Positions 29,490-40,035 of a DNA stretch of 64,000 bases are shown in pieces. Made by a program: the position numbers and the translations under genes. The stretch covers positions 800,001 through 864,000 of the forward strand of contig CBDASK010000003.1 in NCBI GenBank assembly GCA_965199495.1, given 5' to 3'. The first letter of the stretch is position 1, and every line of letters starts with the position of its first letter. Source of the stretch: Abditibacterium sp. Its GTDB lineage: Bacteria; Armatimonadota; Abditibacteriia; Abditibacteriales; Abditibacteriaceae. The notes below the pieces were generated by a model. It had not been told where the DNA came from. It ran no database searches and saw only the letters and a program-made list of their open reading frames with translations.

Positions 29490-30815
29490 ATGGCTTCCAC
29501 TCGCTACCAACCGCTCGATTCCGCGCTCTTCATTTCCAATCGCCAGCGTCTGACCGCGCTCTTACCCAAAGGCGCGCTCGCGATTTTCAACTCCAACGAT
29601 GTAATGCCAACCAACGCCGACGGCACGATGGGCTTTCGGCAGAATAACGATCTCTATTATCTTTCGGGCGTTGATCAGGAAGAATCGGTTTTGCTGCTCT
29701 TTCCCGACGCGCGCGACCCGAAACGCCGCGAAATTTTGTTCGTGCGCGAAACCTCGGAGCTGCTGGCGGTTTGGGAAGGCGCCAAATTGGACAAAGACGC
29801 CGCGCGCGCGGTTTCTGGCATCGAAAACGTGCGCTGGACGAGCGATTTACCGCAAATTCTACGCGAAATGGCGCTCGAAGCGCAAACGATTTATCTGAAT
29901 CAAAACGAACATTTGCGCGCTGATGTGACAGTTGAAACGCGCGACGCCCGTTTCTTGAAGCAGATTCAACGCGATTTTCCGTTTCATCAATTGGGCCGAT
30001 TGGCGCCGCTAATGCACCAACTGCGCATGATCAAATCGCCGCTCGAAATCGCGGCGATTCAGACCGCGAGCGACACCACGGCGGCGGGTTTCGAGCGTTT
30101 ATTGAAGTTCATCAAACCCGGCGTGACCGAATTTCAAATTGAGGCCGAATTGCTGCACGAATACACGCGCGGTCGCTCGCGCGGCTTCGCTTATACGCCG
30201 ATTTTGGCGTCGGGCGCCAACGCGTGCGTTTTGCATTACATCGAAAACAACGCCGTTTGCGAAGACGGCGAACTGATTTTAATGGACGTGGCTGCCGAAT
30301 ACGCCAACTACAATTCGGATATGACGCGCACGATTCCCGTCAACGGTCGTTTCACGCCGCGCCAACGCGACGTTTATAACGCGGTTTTGCGCATCTTTCG
30401 TGCGTGTCCCAAAATGCTCAAACCGGGCGTTTTGCTCAAAGAATACCAACGCGATGTCGAGTCGTTAATGGAAGACGAACTCATCGGATTGGGATTGATG
30501 ACCGCCGACCAGAAGCGCGACCCGCAAGACCGGAGCGACGCGCGCGATGCAGCCACGCCGCCCGCCTTTCGCCAATATTTCATGCACGGCGTTTCGCATC
30601 ACATCGGTTTGGACGTTCACGATGTCAACGATGCCAACACGCCACTCACGCCCGGCATGGTCTTGACAATTGAACCGGGCATTTACATTCGCGAAGAAGG
30701 GTTGGCGGTGCGTATCGAAAACATCGTCGTCATCGAAGAAAACGGCGCGCGCGATTTAATGGCGAACGTGCCCATCGAAGCTGACGAAATCGAAGAGGCT
30801 ATGAACGCGAGTTAA
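29490..30815 (+). CDS. pepP: Xaa-Pro aminopeptidase
   Basis: LHY, SDMTRT, HGVSHHIGLDVHD, TIEPGIY and RIE motifs. Confidence 0.92.
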   Translation: MASTRYQPLDSALFISNRQRLTALLPKGALAIFNSNDVMPTNADGTMGFRQNNDLYYLSGVDQEESVLLLFPDARDPKRREILFVRETSELLAVWEGAKLDKDAARAVSGIENVRWTSDLPQILREMALEAQTIYLNQNEHLRADVTVETRDARFLKQIQRDFPFHQLGRLAPLMHQLRMIKSPLEIAAIQTASDTTAAGFERLLKFIKPGVTEFQIEAELLHEYTRGRSRGFAYTPILASGANACVLHYIENNAVCEDGELILMDVAAEYANYNSDMTRTIPVNGRFTPRQRDVYNAVLRIFRACPKMLKPGVLLKEYQRDVESLMEDELIGLGLMTADQKRDPQDRSDARDAATPPAFRQYFMHGVSHHIGLDVHDVNDANTPLTPGMVLTIEPGIYIREEGLAVRIENIVVIEENGARDLMANVPIEADEIEEAMNAS

Positions 30816-30838
30816 TGCACCAAACTTCGCATTGTGTT

Positions 30839-30935
30839 CGTAGAGACACCGACTTGTCGTGTCTAAAAGGTCGAAAGTTTTTTCAGAGTCAAAGCAAATT
30901 CAACCTTTTAGACACGACAAGTCGGTGTCTCTACG
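30839..30935. repeat. GTAG-tagged REP doublet (GTAGAGAC family)
   Basis: Perfect 33-bp arms 30839-30871/30903-30935. Confidence 0.9.
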
Positions 30936-30949
30936 GACGCCTACAAAAT

Positions 30950-31954
30950 TTACTTCCATTTACGCTCGATGCGCCGCGCGAGCGGCGCCTTTTCGTTACC
31001 GCGCGATTCACTGCGACGATTTTCGCTATTCCGAGTTTCGCCCGCGCGTGCGCTATTGGCGCGACCATTATTGGAGCGGCTCATGCGCGGATGCGGCGTG
31101 GCTTCGCGCGCGGGTTTTTCCGGCTCGGCGTCTTCGGGAGATGCGCCGCGCGGATGCGGTTTGGGACGCGCGCGCGGGCGGCTTTTGGCTTTGAGTCCGG
31201 CTTCGGCGACGCGGCGCAGTTTTTTGACTTCGACCGGCAATAATTCGCGGTATTCGCCCGGCGCCATGCCTTCCAGTTCGACGCCAGCGAAATACACCCG
31301 GCGCAACGAAGAGGCGGCGTGGCCGACGGCTTCCATCATGCGACGCACCTGACGATTGCGGCCTTCGCGCAGCGTGATTTCCACCAGCGCATTTTTCTCG
31401 CGTTGCGCCAAAACGCGCGCGCGGCATGGCGCGGTCATGCCATCTTCGAGGCGCACGCCGCGCTCCAAATGTTCGATGGCTTCTTTGCCGACTTCTCCGC
31501 GCGCGCGCGCTTCATAAATCTTCTCGACACCATGCGAGGGATGCGTCAGCATATGCGTCAGCGTGCCGTCATCGGTGAGCAACAGCACGCCCGAAGTCTC
31601 GAAATCTAAGCGCCCGACCGAATGCAAATTGCCGAATTTATGCGGCAACAAGCTGTAAACCGTCGGGCGATTTTCTGGGTCGTCGCGCGTAGTGATGGTA
31701 TATTTCGGCTTGTGCAAAACGATGACAATCGGCGGTTTGTCTTCGAGTTTCAAAAGCGTGCCGTCAACCGTAATTTTGTCTTTTTCCGGGTCGGCTTTGA
31801 TGCCCTGCTCGGTCACAAAATGCCCGTTGACCGCCACGCGTCCGGCGGCGATGAGGTCTTCCGCCGCGCGCCGTGACGCCAGCCCTGCGCGCGCGATGAG
31901 CTTGGAAACGCGCTCGTTTTTCGCGTCCTCGGATGGTTGATTGGAATTGGGCAT
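30950..31954 (-). CDS. rluB: 23S rRNA pseudouridine synthase, RluB/RsuA family
   Basis: S4 domain, VGRLDFETSGVLLLT and EGRNRQVRRM. Confidence 0.88.
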   Translation of the reverse strand: MPNSNQPSEDAKNERVSKLIARAGLASRRAAEDLIAAGRVAVNGHFVTEQGIKADPEKDKITVDGTLLKLEDKPPIVIVLHKPKYTITTRDDPENRPTVYSLLPHKFGNLHSVGRLDFETSGVLLLTDDGTLTHMLTHPSHGVEKIYEARARGEVGKEAIEHLERGVRLEDGMTAPCRARVLAQREKNALVEITLREGRNRQVRRMMEAVGHAASSLRRVYFAGVELEGMAPGEYRELLPVEVKKLRRVAEAGLKAKSRPRARPKPHPRGASPEDAEPEKPAREATPHPRMSRSNNGRANSARAGETRNSENRRSESRGNEKAPLARRIERKWK

Positions 31955-32004
31955 AATGCTCTTAGTGTGAACGAAATCGCCAAAGGCGAGTTGAAGTGCA
32001 TCGG

Positions 32005-32150
32005 TTGCATCCGTGCCAGCGAATGAATTCGCGGCTGGGAGGCTAAAGCCGGAAGTCCGCCTACGCGGACAAAATGCCATCGCGTCCCCGCAGGGGGACG
32101 CCCGGCGGAACGCCTCCCAGCCGCGAATTCATTCGCTGGCACGGATGCAA
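32005..32150. repeat. Palindromic element, GTCCGC family
   Basis: 39-bp perfect arms 32005-32043/32112-32150; internal AAGTCCGCCTACGCGGAC. Confidence 0.88.
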
Positions 32151-32231
32151 AAGGTCTAATAAACCGCTTGCTTCAACGCGTTGTGATTTGAATTTTGGCG
32201 GGGCACAAGCCCCGCCGACGTTTGAAATTGC

Positions 32232-33680
32232 TTACAAACGCCGAGTTGGGCGCGGCGCTGAACGATAGGAATCATCGCGCGGCAGATTGACGACTTCCAA
32301 TGTTTGCGCGGCGCGCGCGCGTTTGCGGCGCTGGCGCAAAGCGGCGCGACGGCGCGCGGCGATCAAAGCCAAAACGAAAAGCGTGCCCGCGCCCGCCAGC
32401 AACAGCGTGCCGTAACGTTTAATCGGCGACCAAAAACTGACGCGTTGGCCAACGGCGGGGACGGTTTTCGCCAGCAGAGTTTCGGGCACCGCGCCCGCCG
32501 CCACGAGCGGAAAGCGCGCGATGGGTTTGCCATCAGCCCAGAAAACCGCGTCGCCCACGCGCGCGCCTTTTTCGATGGGCGCTTTTAAATCGCGCAATTC
32601 CAATTTTTCTTGGAGCGAAGCCGACTCTTGATCGCGGAGCGGCAAGCGCGCCTGACCGACGGTGACGGCTTCGAGCGGAAACGCGCCGCCCGCGATGTCG
32701 CCCGTCCACATCTGCGCGCCATCCTTGCCGACTTGCTGCGGACGATATTTCGCGAACGCGCGTTTGAGCAAAACTTCGCCATCGTTGAACGAACTGCCCG
32801 GCATTGACTTCATCGTGACCGCCAACAGGCGCCACGGTTTGCCCGTCGTCGGATCGGGCATCGTCGCCGTCGCCACCAGACAGTTGCCCGCCTGACGCGT
32901 GTAGCCGGTTTTGAGGCCGTCGCATTTGTCCCAGCGCCACAATAGTTTGTTGCGATTGAGCATCAATCGCGTCGGCCCGATTTTCCAGTTGCCATTAATC
33001 GTCACCGTTTTTTCGTCGGCGATCTGGTTCAAAACCGGGACGTGCGTCACCGCCTGCGCGATGAGCGCCAGGTCGCGCGGCGTGGTGTAATGATTCGGGT
33101 CGTGCAGCCCGTGCGGATTGACGAAGTGCGTGTTTTTCAGGCCCAATTCTTTGGCGCGGGCGTTCATCAACGCCACGAATTTGGCCTGCGTGCCACTGAT
33201 CCCTTCGGCCATATCCACGCACGAATCGTTGGCCGAGTGCACCAGCGCGGCTTCGAGCAATTCTTTCAAGGTGTGATTTTCGCCCGCCAACAACCCGATG
33301 CCGCTCTCGCCCGTGGCTGCGGCGGCGGGCGAGGCGCGAAGTATCTGGTTCAAATCGCCCTTTTCGGTCGCGACCAAACACGTCATCAACTTGGTTGTCG
33401 AGGCCGGAAATAAGCGTTTGTCGGGATTGCGCGCGTCCAAAATGCGGCCCGAATCCAAATCCATCACCACGTAACCGACCGCCGTAATCGGCGCGGGCGT
33501 GGCGATGGGCACCGCACCGAGCGTCGCTAAGGGCGGCGCATTGAGAGGCGCACCGGGCAATGCAGCCACGGCGGGTTTACGTTGCGGCACAAAGTCGCGC
33601 GCAAAGGCGGCGGGCGCGACGCAAAACGACGATGAGAGCAATAAAACTGTGGCAAAAATGGGGACGGCGCGCGAAATCAT
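32232..33680 (-). CDS. D-alanyl-D-alanine carboxypeptidase (peptidase S11)
   Basis: PASTTK, SAND and KTG motifs; C-terminal TM anchor. Confidence 0.92.
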   Translation of the reverse strand: MISRAVPIFATVLLLSSSFCVAPAAFARDFVPQRKPAVAALPGAPLNAPPLATLGAVPIATPAPITAVGYVVMDLDSGRILDARNPDKRLFPASTTKLMTCLVATEKGDLNQILRASPAAAATGESGIGLLAGENHTLKELLEAALVHSANDSCVDMAEGISGTQAKFVALMNARAKELGLKNTHFVNPHGLHDPNHYTTPRDLALIAQAVTHVPVLNQIADEKTVTINGNWKIGPTRLMLNRNKLLWRWDKCDGLKTGYTRQAGNCLVATATMPDPTTGKPWRLLAVTMKSMPGSSFNDGEVLLKRAFAKYRPQQVGKDGAQMWTGDIAGGAFPLEAVTVGQARLPLRDQESASLQEKLELRDLKAPIEKGARVGDAVFWADGKPIARFPLVAAGAVPETLLAKTVPAVGQRVSFWSPIKRYGTLLLAGAGTLFVLALIAARRRAALRQRRKRARAAQTLEVVNLPRDDSYRSAPRPTRRL

Positions 33681-33806
33681 CTCTTTTAATTTTACGAAAA
33701 CGAAAGATGCACGGATTTGGCGCCACCTAAAGAAGCGGTGGATATTTTCCGAACTTCACAGGAAGTTCACTTGACTTCCTCTTCGATTCTTATTATCATC
33801 TATTCA

Positions 33807-34367
33807 ATGAAAAAAGCGTTTATCCCTCTTCTTCTGGGCGCGTCGCTGTGGATTATTCCGGCGCGCGCCTATGAAGAAGCCGATTTAATCGCCCTCGCGC
33901 GCGCCAATGTCGAGGCGGCGGTGCAAAACAAAACGCCGCCCGCGACCAGCCACGGCGAGCGGGCGCGCCCGGTTTTCGTGACGATTGAGCGCGCGGGCCA
34001 AGTCATCGGTTGTCGCGGAACTCTGCAAGCGCGTTTTGGTTCGCTCGAAGCCGAAGTTGGCAACGCGGCCCGCAGCGCCGCGCGCACCGATCCGCGTTAT
34101 CGGCCACTTACGCCCGCCGATTTGAAAAATTATTTAGTGACGGTGACGGTTATCGAGAGCCAGACGCCGCTGGAAATTGCGGACATCAGTTCGCTGCAAC
34201 GGGACGAAGGTTTGGTGTTGCAAAGCGGCAATCGCGTCGGCGTGGTTTTGCCGTGGGAAGGCAACGATGCGCGCGTTCGCTTAGGTTGGACCTACAAAAA
34301 AGCGGGCGTCGCGCCCGGCGCGAGTTGCCGTTTATATCGGTTGCAGGCGGAGCGGTTTCGCGGTTAG
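33807..34367 (+). CDS. AMMECR1-domain protein with signal peptide
   Basis: VFVTI..GQVIGCRG, DPRY.PL and G.VLP; N-terminus MKKAFIPLLLGASLWIIPARA. Confidence 0.8.
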   Translation: MKKAFIPLLLGASLWIIPARAYEEADLIALARANVEAAVQNKTPPATSHGERARPVFVTIERAGQVIGCRGTLQARFGSLEAEVGNAARSAARTDPRYRPLTPADLKNYLVTVTVIESQTPLEIADISSLQRDEGLVLQSGNRVGVVLPWEGNDARVRLGWTYKKAGVAPGASCRLYRLQAERFRG

Positions 34368-34382
34368 TGATGGAGAGTTTCA

Positions 34383-34545
34383 ACCTTTCACACCCCCTCT
34401 GTCCTTCGGACATTTCCCCTCCGAAAGGGGGAGAGGCGCTAAAACCGTCCGTTACTCGCGAAATTTGCGGCAATGTCGAGGGGAGAAGCGCCTCTCCCCC
34501 TTTCGGAGGGGGAGATGTCCGAAGGACAGAGGGGGTGTGAAAGGT
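34383..34545. repeat. Palindromic element, CCCCCTCTGTCC family
   Basis: ~58-bp near-perfect arms 34383-34440/34487-34545. Confidence 0.9.
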
Positions 34546-34590
34546 GATGATCACTTGAAAACATAATTTCCTTAAAAAGAACAATTCCCC

Positions 34591-37500
34591 ATGAAAATCA
34601 CCTCAATACTCGCACTTTTACTTTGCTTTTGCGTCCCAACTTATGCGCAAACCAAAATCAAACAGCAACCGCCGACGGTCAACGTCGGCGTCGGGCGCGA
34701 TGTGGCGCCGGGACGCAAAATTCAACTCACGATCAACACGCGCAACCAGCCCAGCGTCAACGTTTCGGCGTGGCGCTTGAACGATTTCAAGTGGTTGCTC
34801 AATCGCGAGCGCAGTTCGCGCCCGCGTCCGCAAACAAGCGGCAGACCCGATTTGTTCTTCAAATCGAGCGTGGTTGCGCCCAATGAAAAGCCGAACAAAT
34901 ATCAAATTGACGTTTATCGTTCGCGCCAGATTAATTTGCCGTTGACGCGGCCCGGCGTTTATTTGGTCGAGGCCAGCGGCGGCGGCGCGTCCGATTGGGG
35001 CGTGGTCAACGTCACGAATTTGGCGGTTGTGGCCAAGCGTTCGCCGCATCATTTGCTGAGTTGGGTCACGGATTTTCACAGCGGCAAAGTTGTGACAAAT
35101 GCGCGCGTCGAATTGTGGAATCGCGATGGCAACGCAGTAAGCGGAGCGCGCAACCAAACCGGCGCCGACGGCGCGGCGCTGTTAAAAACTGGCGGCGGAA
35201 CCGATCAAGTTTTGGTCGTGACCAAGGGCGACGACGCGGCGGGCGTGACGGTTTCCAACGCCGAACCCGACGGAAAGTTAAAAACGCATTTTCAGACCGA
35301 CCGACCGATTTATCGGCCCGGCCAAACCGTGTTTTGGAAAGCCATTTTGCGCCGCACCCAATCGAACGGCTGGGCGCCCGTGGCTGGCGCCGAGTGCGCC
35401 GTGCAAGTGCGCGATTCCAAAGATGTCGTGCTGTTTCAGGAAACCGTAAAAACCGACGCGCGCAGCACGTTAAACAGTCAAATTTTGCTGCCGCAAGAGG
35501 GTTCGCTGGGCCAATATTCGATCACGATTACGCCGCCGGGTGAGGACGCGCAATACGGCAGTTTTACCGTCGCGGCCTATCGCAAGCCGGAATATCAAGT
35601 CCAAATCGAACCGCTCCAAAAGCGATATTTAGCGGGCGAAACCGTCAAATTTAAGCTGAGCGCGACCTACTTTTTCGGCGCGCCCGTGCCCAAAGCCACG
35701 GTGAAATATACCATTCGGCGCTCGCCGTTGCCGTTACAATGGAAAAGCGGCGACGACGATGACGTGGATTATTTTTACGGCGGCGACGGCAATCTTTACG
35801 ACAGCGATTCTTATAACCAAAACGATGCCGTCGCCGACGAATCGGCGGATTTGGACGACAAAGGCGAAGCGGTAATCAGCGTGCAATCGCCGCGCGATGC
35901 GCCCGACGCGACTTATACGATTTCGGCGACCATCACCGACGGTTCGCGGCGCCAAGTGGACGGAAGCGCCAACGCGCCGGTTTACAGCGCGGCCAAACGC
36001 GTTGCGGTCGCGGGCGAAGTTTCGTATGTGCCGGTCGGCTATTTGATGCCGCTGCAAATTCGCGTCGCCGATCTGGACGGCAAACCGACATCGGGCACGG
36101 TGAATTTGGAACTGCAACAACCGGTTTACAACGAAAAAGAAGGACGCTACCGTTACAAGAAAATCACCTCGACAACGGTGCAAGTGCCCGCGAGCGGCGT
36201 CGCCAAAGCGACATTGCCCGCGCAAAGCGAGGGAACGTTGCGGGTGCGCGCGACTTTAGCCGATGGCGGTGGGCGCACCGCGATTGCGATGTGGGATTTC
36301 TACGTTTCCGGCCCGATGAGTTCGTGGCAAAGCGAAGACAAATCACCGACTGTCACGGTCAAGCCGGATAAGCGCTCGTATAAGCCGGGCGAAACCATGA
36401 AAATTTTGGTTTCGACGAATGTCAAAGAACGTCCGATTTTGGCGACCATCGAAGGTTTGGACGTGTGGAATTATCGTGTGATCGGGGCGGGCAACGCGAG
36501 CTTTATCTGGAAAGTTCCGGCGCGCCTCGAACTTTCGCCCAATGCCTACGCCGCCGCCGCGCAGTGGACGCCAAACGGTTTAATCGGCGACAACAAAATT
36601 CTGCCGATTCCCGACCCGTCGCGCAAATTATTGGTCGAAATCAAAAGCGACAAAACGATTTACCGGCCCGGCGAAACCGCGCATTATACGCTCACGACGC
36701 GCGACGATGGTGGCAAACCGATTTCCGCCGAAGTCGCCGTGGCTGTGATTGATAGCGCCTTACTCAGCATTCGGCCCGACAACACGCCCGATTTATATGC
36801 GACGTTCTGGGCCAATCGCGAAAACTTCGTCGCGACTTCTTCGTCGGCGCCGACCGAAGTTTCGGGCGGCGCGTATCAGCGCGTCGGCAAAACCGCCAGC
36901 ATTCGCAGCGTTTTCAAAGACACAGCTTATTGGAACGCGCGCGTCGAAACCGATAAATCGGGCATGGCGAAATTTGATGTGCAAGTGCCCGGCAATCTGA
37001 CGACGTGGAAAGCTACGGCGCGCGCCATCACCGCCGATACGCGCGTCGGCATGGCGGAGTCTTCGATGATGGCGACGCGGCCCGTGACGATGCGTCTGGC
37101 GACACCGCGCCAATTAGTGCAGGGCGATGTCCTTGATTTAATCGCCAGCGTCAACAATCGCACCGACAAACCGCTCGATTTGGAAACCGCGCTGTCGGCG
37201 CAGGGATTATTGATTGAGGGCGCCAAAACCAAGACTTTGCCCGCGCCTGCTAAGGGCGAGGCGAAAACGACGTTTCCGATTCGCGCCAATTCTCTGCCCG
37301 AAAACGGCGAAGCGGTTTTGACCGGGCGCACCTTGGCTTCGAGCGCGACCAAAGAGAACGCCGAAGATTTGTCGGACGCCTTGGAAAGTCGAATTCCGGT
37401 TTTGCCCAACGGCATCGCACGGCGCATCGTGCAGGGCGGCGCGTTGGAAACCAAAATTGACGCAAAAATTCAATTGCCCGACGACCGCATCGAACCGGCG

Positions 37501-38886
37501 ACGACGGCGACTCTGACCATCGCGCGCGGATTTGGCGAAGTCGCGCAGGGTTTGGGCGCCGATATTTTGCGCGGCGACCGCGAATCGGCGCCCGACGCGG
37601 CGGCGCGTTTGGTGGCCGTGGCTCTGCTCAAGCCCGATGGTTGGAAACGCGAGGCGTTGGAAAATATCGCCATGTTGGCGCGCTATCAAACCGGTCAGGG
37701 CGGCTGGAATTGGTGGGAAGATCAGCGCCCCGATCCGCGCGTAACGGCGTTCGTTTTGTCGAGCTTAGACCGCGCGCAAGCGCTGGGCGTGACTGTGCCC
37801 GAAGCGCTCAAACAGCGCGGCATCGGCGGCGCGGTTCAGCTTTATAACAGCAACGGTTTGTGGGAAGAGCGCGCCCTGCTCGCCTCGGCGCTGGCGATTA
37901 ACGGCAACAACGACGGCGACCGTTTGGCCGAGGTGCAGCGCCGGGCCGAAGATTTATCGCCGTTCGCCCGATTGACTTTGGCCGAAGCGTTGATTTCGGT
38001 CAAACGCGAGGCGCAAGCGCGCGCGATATTGGACGACGTTTTAAAAGACGCCAACATCGGCACCAGCGTGGCTTCGATTCCCGTCGGCGCGCGCGATGGC
38101 TGGGAAAACGGCACATCGGACGCAACTGCCGCCGCGCTTTCGCTGTTGCTGCAACTCGACACCAATCGCGCGTTGCAAAGCAAGTTCGCGCGCTTTTTGT
38201 CTTATTCGGCGGATTATCAAAGCCGCGATAGCCAGACCAACCGTCTGCGCGCCTTGTGGAAATACGACCAAGCGCATCCCGGCGCGCGCGTGATCGGCGC
38301 GTTGACGGTGACGCTCAACGGACAAAACGTGAAAGTGCCCACCGAAGTGGATTACAAACCGCTCGAAATTCCGCTCCCGCGTTTGTGGAAAGATGGCGAC
38401 AACATTTTGCAAATCGAGCGCGACGGAACGGGCGAAGTGTTCTGGCAAGTCGAGGCGCGCGTATTTCAGCCAGCGAGCGTCGAAGTCGGCAAAAACGTGC
38501 GCGTTTTCCGGCGCTACGAAACGCAAAACGCGGCGTTGACGTGGCGCGAATTGGACGGCCCGGTGAAAGTCGGAAGCCCGGTGCGTTGCACCGTTGTCGT
38601 CTGGCCCGACGACCGCGCCGACGCTTTGAAAGTCGTCGAGCCGATTCCGGCGGGCTTTGAATACGTGGATTCCGACGGCGATTACGGGAAAAGCGGCGAC
38701 ACCGAAGTGCGCGATGGCGCCGTCGTGCATTACCTGCACGGCAACGGTTTGCCGGTGACGTTTCGCTATTATTTGCGAAGCGAAACCACGGGCCGCGTCA
38801 CGGCTTTGCCCGCGCTCGCCGAAGTCGTGCAACGGCCCGACGCGCGCGGCAATTCGGACGTGACGAAGTTTGTGGTGACGGAGTGA
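34591..38886 (+). CDS. Bacterial alpha-2-macroglobulin family protein
   Basis: TDRPIYRPGQTV (MG2), YRKPEY, FKDTAYW, PGNLTTW and Q...GGW.WW; signal peptide. Confidence 0.9.
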   Translation: MKITSILALLLCFCVPTYAQTKIKQQPPTVNVGVGRDVAPGRKIQLTINTRNQPSVNVSAWRLNDFKWLLNRERSSRPRPQTSGRPDLFFKSSVVAPNEKPNKYQIDVYRSRQINLPLTRPGVYLVEASGGGASDWGVVNVTNLAVVAKRSPHHLLSWVTDFHSGKVVTNARVELWNRDGNAVSGARNQTGADGAALLKTGGGTDQVLVVTKGDDAAGVTVSNAEPDGKLKTHFQTDRPIYRPGQTVFWKAILRRTQSNGWAPVAGAECAVQVRDSKDVVLFQETVKTDARSTLNSQILLPQEGSLGQYSITITPPGEDAQYGSFTVAAYRKPEYQVQIEPLQKRYLAGETVKFKLSATYFFGAPVPKATVKYTIRRSPLPLQWKSGDDDDVDYFYGGDGNLYDSDSYNQNDAVADESADLDDKGEAVISVQSPRDAPDATYTISATITDGSRRQVDGSANAPVYSAAKRVAVAGEVSYVPVGYLMPLQIRVADLDGKPTSGTVNLELQQPVYNEKEGRYRYKKITSTTVQVPASGVAKATLPAQSEGTLRVRATLADGGGRTAIAMWDFYVSGPMSSWQSEDKSPTVTVKPDKRSYKPGETMKILVSTNVKERPILATIEGLDVWNYRVIGAGNASFIWKVPARLELSPNAYAAAAQWTPNGLIGDNKILPIPDPSRKLLVEIKSDKTIYRPGETAHYTLTTRDDGGKPISAEVAVAVIDSALLSIRPDNTPDLYATFWANRENFVATSSSAPTEVSGGAYQRVGKTASIRSVFKDTAYWNARVETDKSGMAKFDVQVPGNLTTWKATARAITADTRVGMAESSMMATRPVTMRLATPRQLVQGDVLDLIASVNNRTDKPLDLETALSAQGLLIEGAKTKTLPAPAKGEAKTTFPIRANSLPENGEAVLTGRTLASSATKENAEDLSDALESRIPVLPNGIARRIVQGGALETKIDAKIQLPDDRIEPATTATLTIARGFGEVAQGLGADILRGDRESAPDAAARLVAVALLKPDGWKREALENIAMLARYQTGQGGWNWWEDQRPDPRVTAFVLSSLDRAQALGVTVPEALKQRGIGGAVQLYNSNGLWEERALLASALAINGNNDGDRLAEVQRRAEDLSPFARLTLAEALISVKREAQARAILDDVLKDANIGTSVASIPVGARDGWENGTSDATAAALSLLLQLDTNRALQSKFARFLSYSADYQSRDSQTNRLRALWKYDQAHPGARVIGALTVTLNGQNVKVPTEVDYKPLEIPLPRLWKDGDNILQIERDGTGEVFWQVEARVFQPASVEVGKNVRVFRRYETQNAALTWRELDGPVKVGSPVRCTVVVWPDDRADALKVVEPIPAGFEYVDSDGDYGKSGDTEVRDGAVVHYLHGNGLPVTFRYYLRSETTGRVTALPALAEVVQRPDARGNSDVTKFVVTE

Positions 38887-38904
38887 ATAGAAAATGAAAC
38901 AGAG

Positions 38905-39031
38905 TTTCAATTTCGCCAATGTAGTAGGGGCGGGGTTTCCCCGCCCAGACGGAGGTAACCATGAATAAGAAGAGGCTCCATCAGATTTCGGGCGGGGGAA
39001 CCCCGCCCCTACTACATTGGCGAAATTGAAA
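38905..39031. repeat. GTAG-tagged REP doublet (GTAGGGGCG family)
   Basis: 42-bp arms 38905-38946/38990-39031, each with an internal hairpin. Confidence 0.9.
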
Positions 39032-39057
39032 TTGGGCTTCGATCCACTTCAACCAAT

Positions 39058-39930
39058 ATGAAACCCCAACTCACCATCGCCCTACTCTGCGCGCTCGCGA
39101 CGTGCAGCCACGCCGCGCCGCTCGTGGGCGAAAAGTTGCCTGTAATCGAACTCGCCAACGCGCGCGGGCAGACCAAAAGCGCGTGGCAAAGTGGGCGCGT
39201 CACCGTCGTTTCGTTCGTCGCGTTTTGGTGCGATACCTGGAAACCGCAATCGCAACGCCTCGACAGCGCGCGCGCCGAACTACGCGGTTTGCCGGTGGAT
39301 TGGACGTTTATTTCGGTGGATGGTCGTTGGAGCGGTTTGGCAAATCAGGGCACATGGAGCGACATCGCGCGCGGCGCATTGCTCGATAGCGGCAGCCGTT
39401 GGACGCACAAACTCGAAGTTTCGAGCGTGCCCTATACGCTGGTTGTGGATGGTAACGGCACGATTCGCTACTCGGCACAGGGCATCGCGCGCGGCGCGCA
39501 GTTGCGCCCAGCGATTGCGGCGGCTCTGTCTAATCAAGCGCCGCAAAACGGCGTTTTGCATCTGGCCTTCGACGATTTCCCTTCGCGCAATCCCAAAATG
39601 GACGACGAATTGTTGGACATTTTGCGCGCGCGCAAAATCAAAGTCAGCTTCTACGGCGACCCGGCGCGCTTGAAAATTTCGCCCGCGATCGTGGCGCGCG
39701 CGCGGCGCGAAGGCCACCAAATTCACGGCGTGTTTTCAAGCGCAAACAAAAGCGTAGTTGATCCGTTCGATTTCAAATCGCCCGGCGAAAACGAGATTTT
39801 GCGCCGCGCGTCGGGCGCCGTGGCTGCTAACAAGACACTACTATTGCGCGTCGGCGTGCGCCAGACGCTCAACGTTTTGCCGCGCTTGCTCGATTCGTTT
39901 CAGGCGCGCGGTTTGGATGTCGGCGCGTGA
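39058..39930 (+). CDS. Secreted TlpA-like thioredoxin domain fused to a degenerate polysaccharide-deacetylase domain
   Basis: SFVAFWCDTW and VPYTLVVD.NG.I; LAFDDFP...LLDIL...REGHQI. Confidence 0.7.
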   Translation: MKPQLTIALLCALATCSHAAPLVGEKLPVIELANARGQTKSAWQSGRVTVVSFVAFWCDTWKPQSQRLDSARAELRGLPVDWTFISVDGRWSGLANQGTWSDIARGALLDSGSRWTHKLEVSSVPYTLVVDGNGTIRYSAQGIARGAQLRPAIAAALSNQAPQNGVLHLAFDDFPSRNPKMDDELLDILRARKIKVSFYGDPARLKISPAIVARARREGHQIHGVFSSANKSVVDPFDFKSPGENEILRRASGAVAANKTLLLRVGVRQTLNVLPRLLDSFQARGLDVGA

Positions 39931-39936
39931 AACGCG

Positions 39937-40022
39937 AAAAGGGGCGGGTGCTCTGCGCCCTCTTCCAAACTTTGGTTACTTAAAAACCGTTTGGAAAAGG
40001 GCGCAGAACACCCGCCCCTTTT
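39937..40022. repeat. Palindrome related to the CTCTTCCAA family
   Basis: 34-bp arms 39937-39970/39989-40022 between convergent genes. Confidence 0.85.
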
Positions 40023-40035
40023 ATCTGCAAACTTT

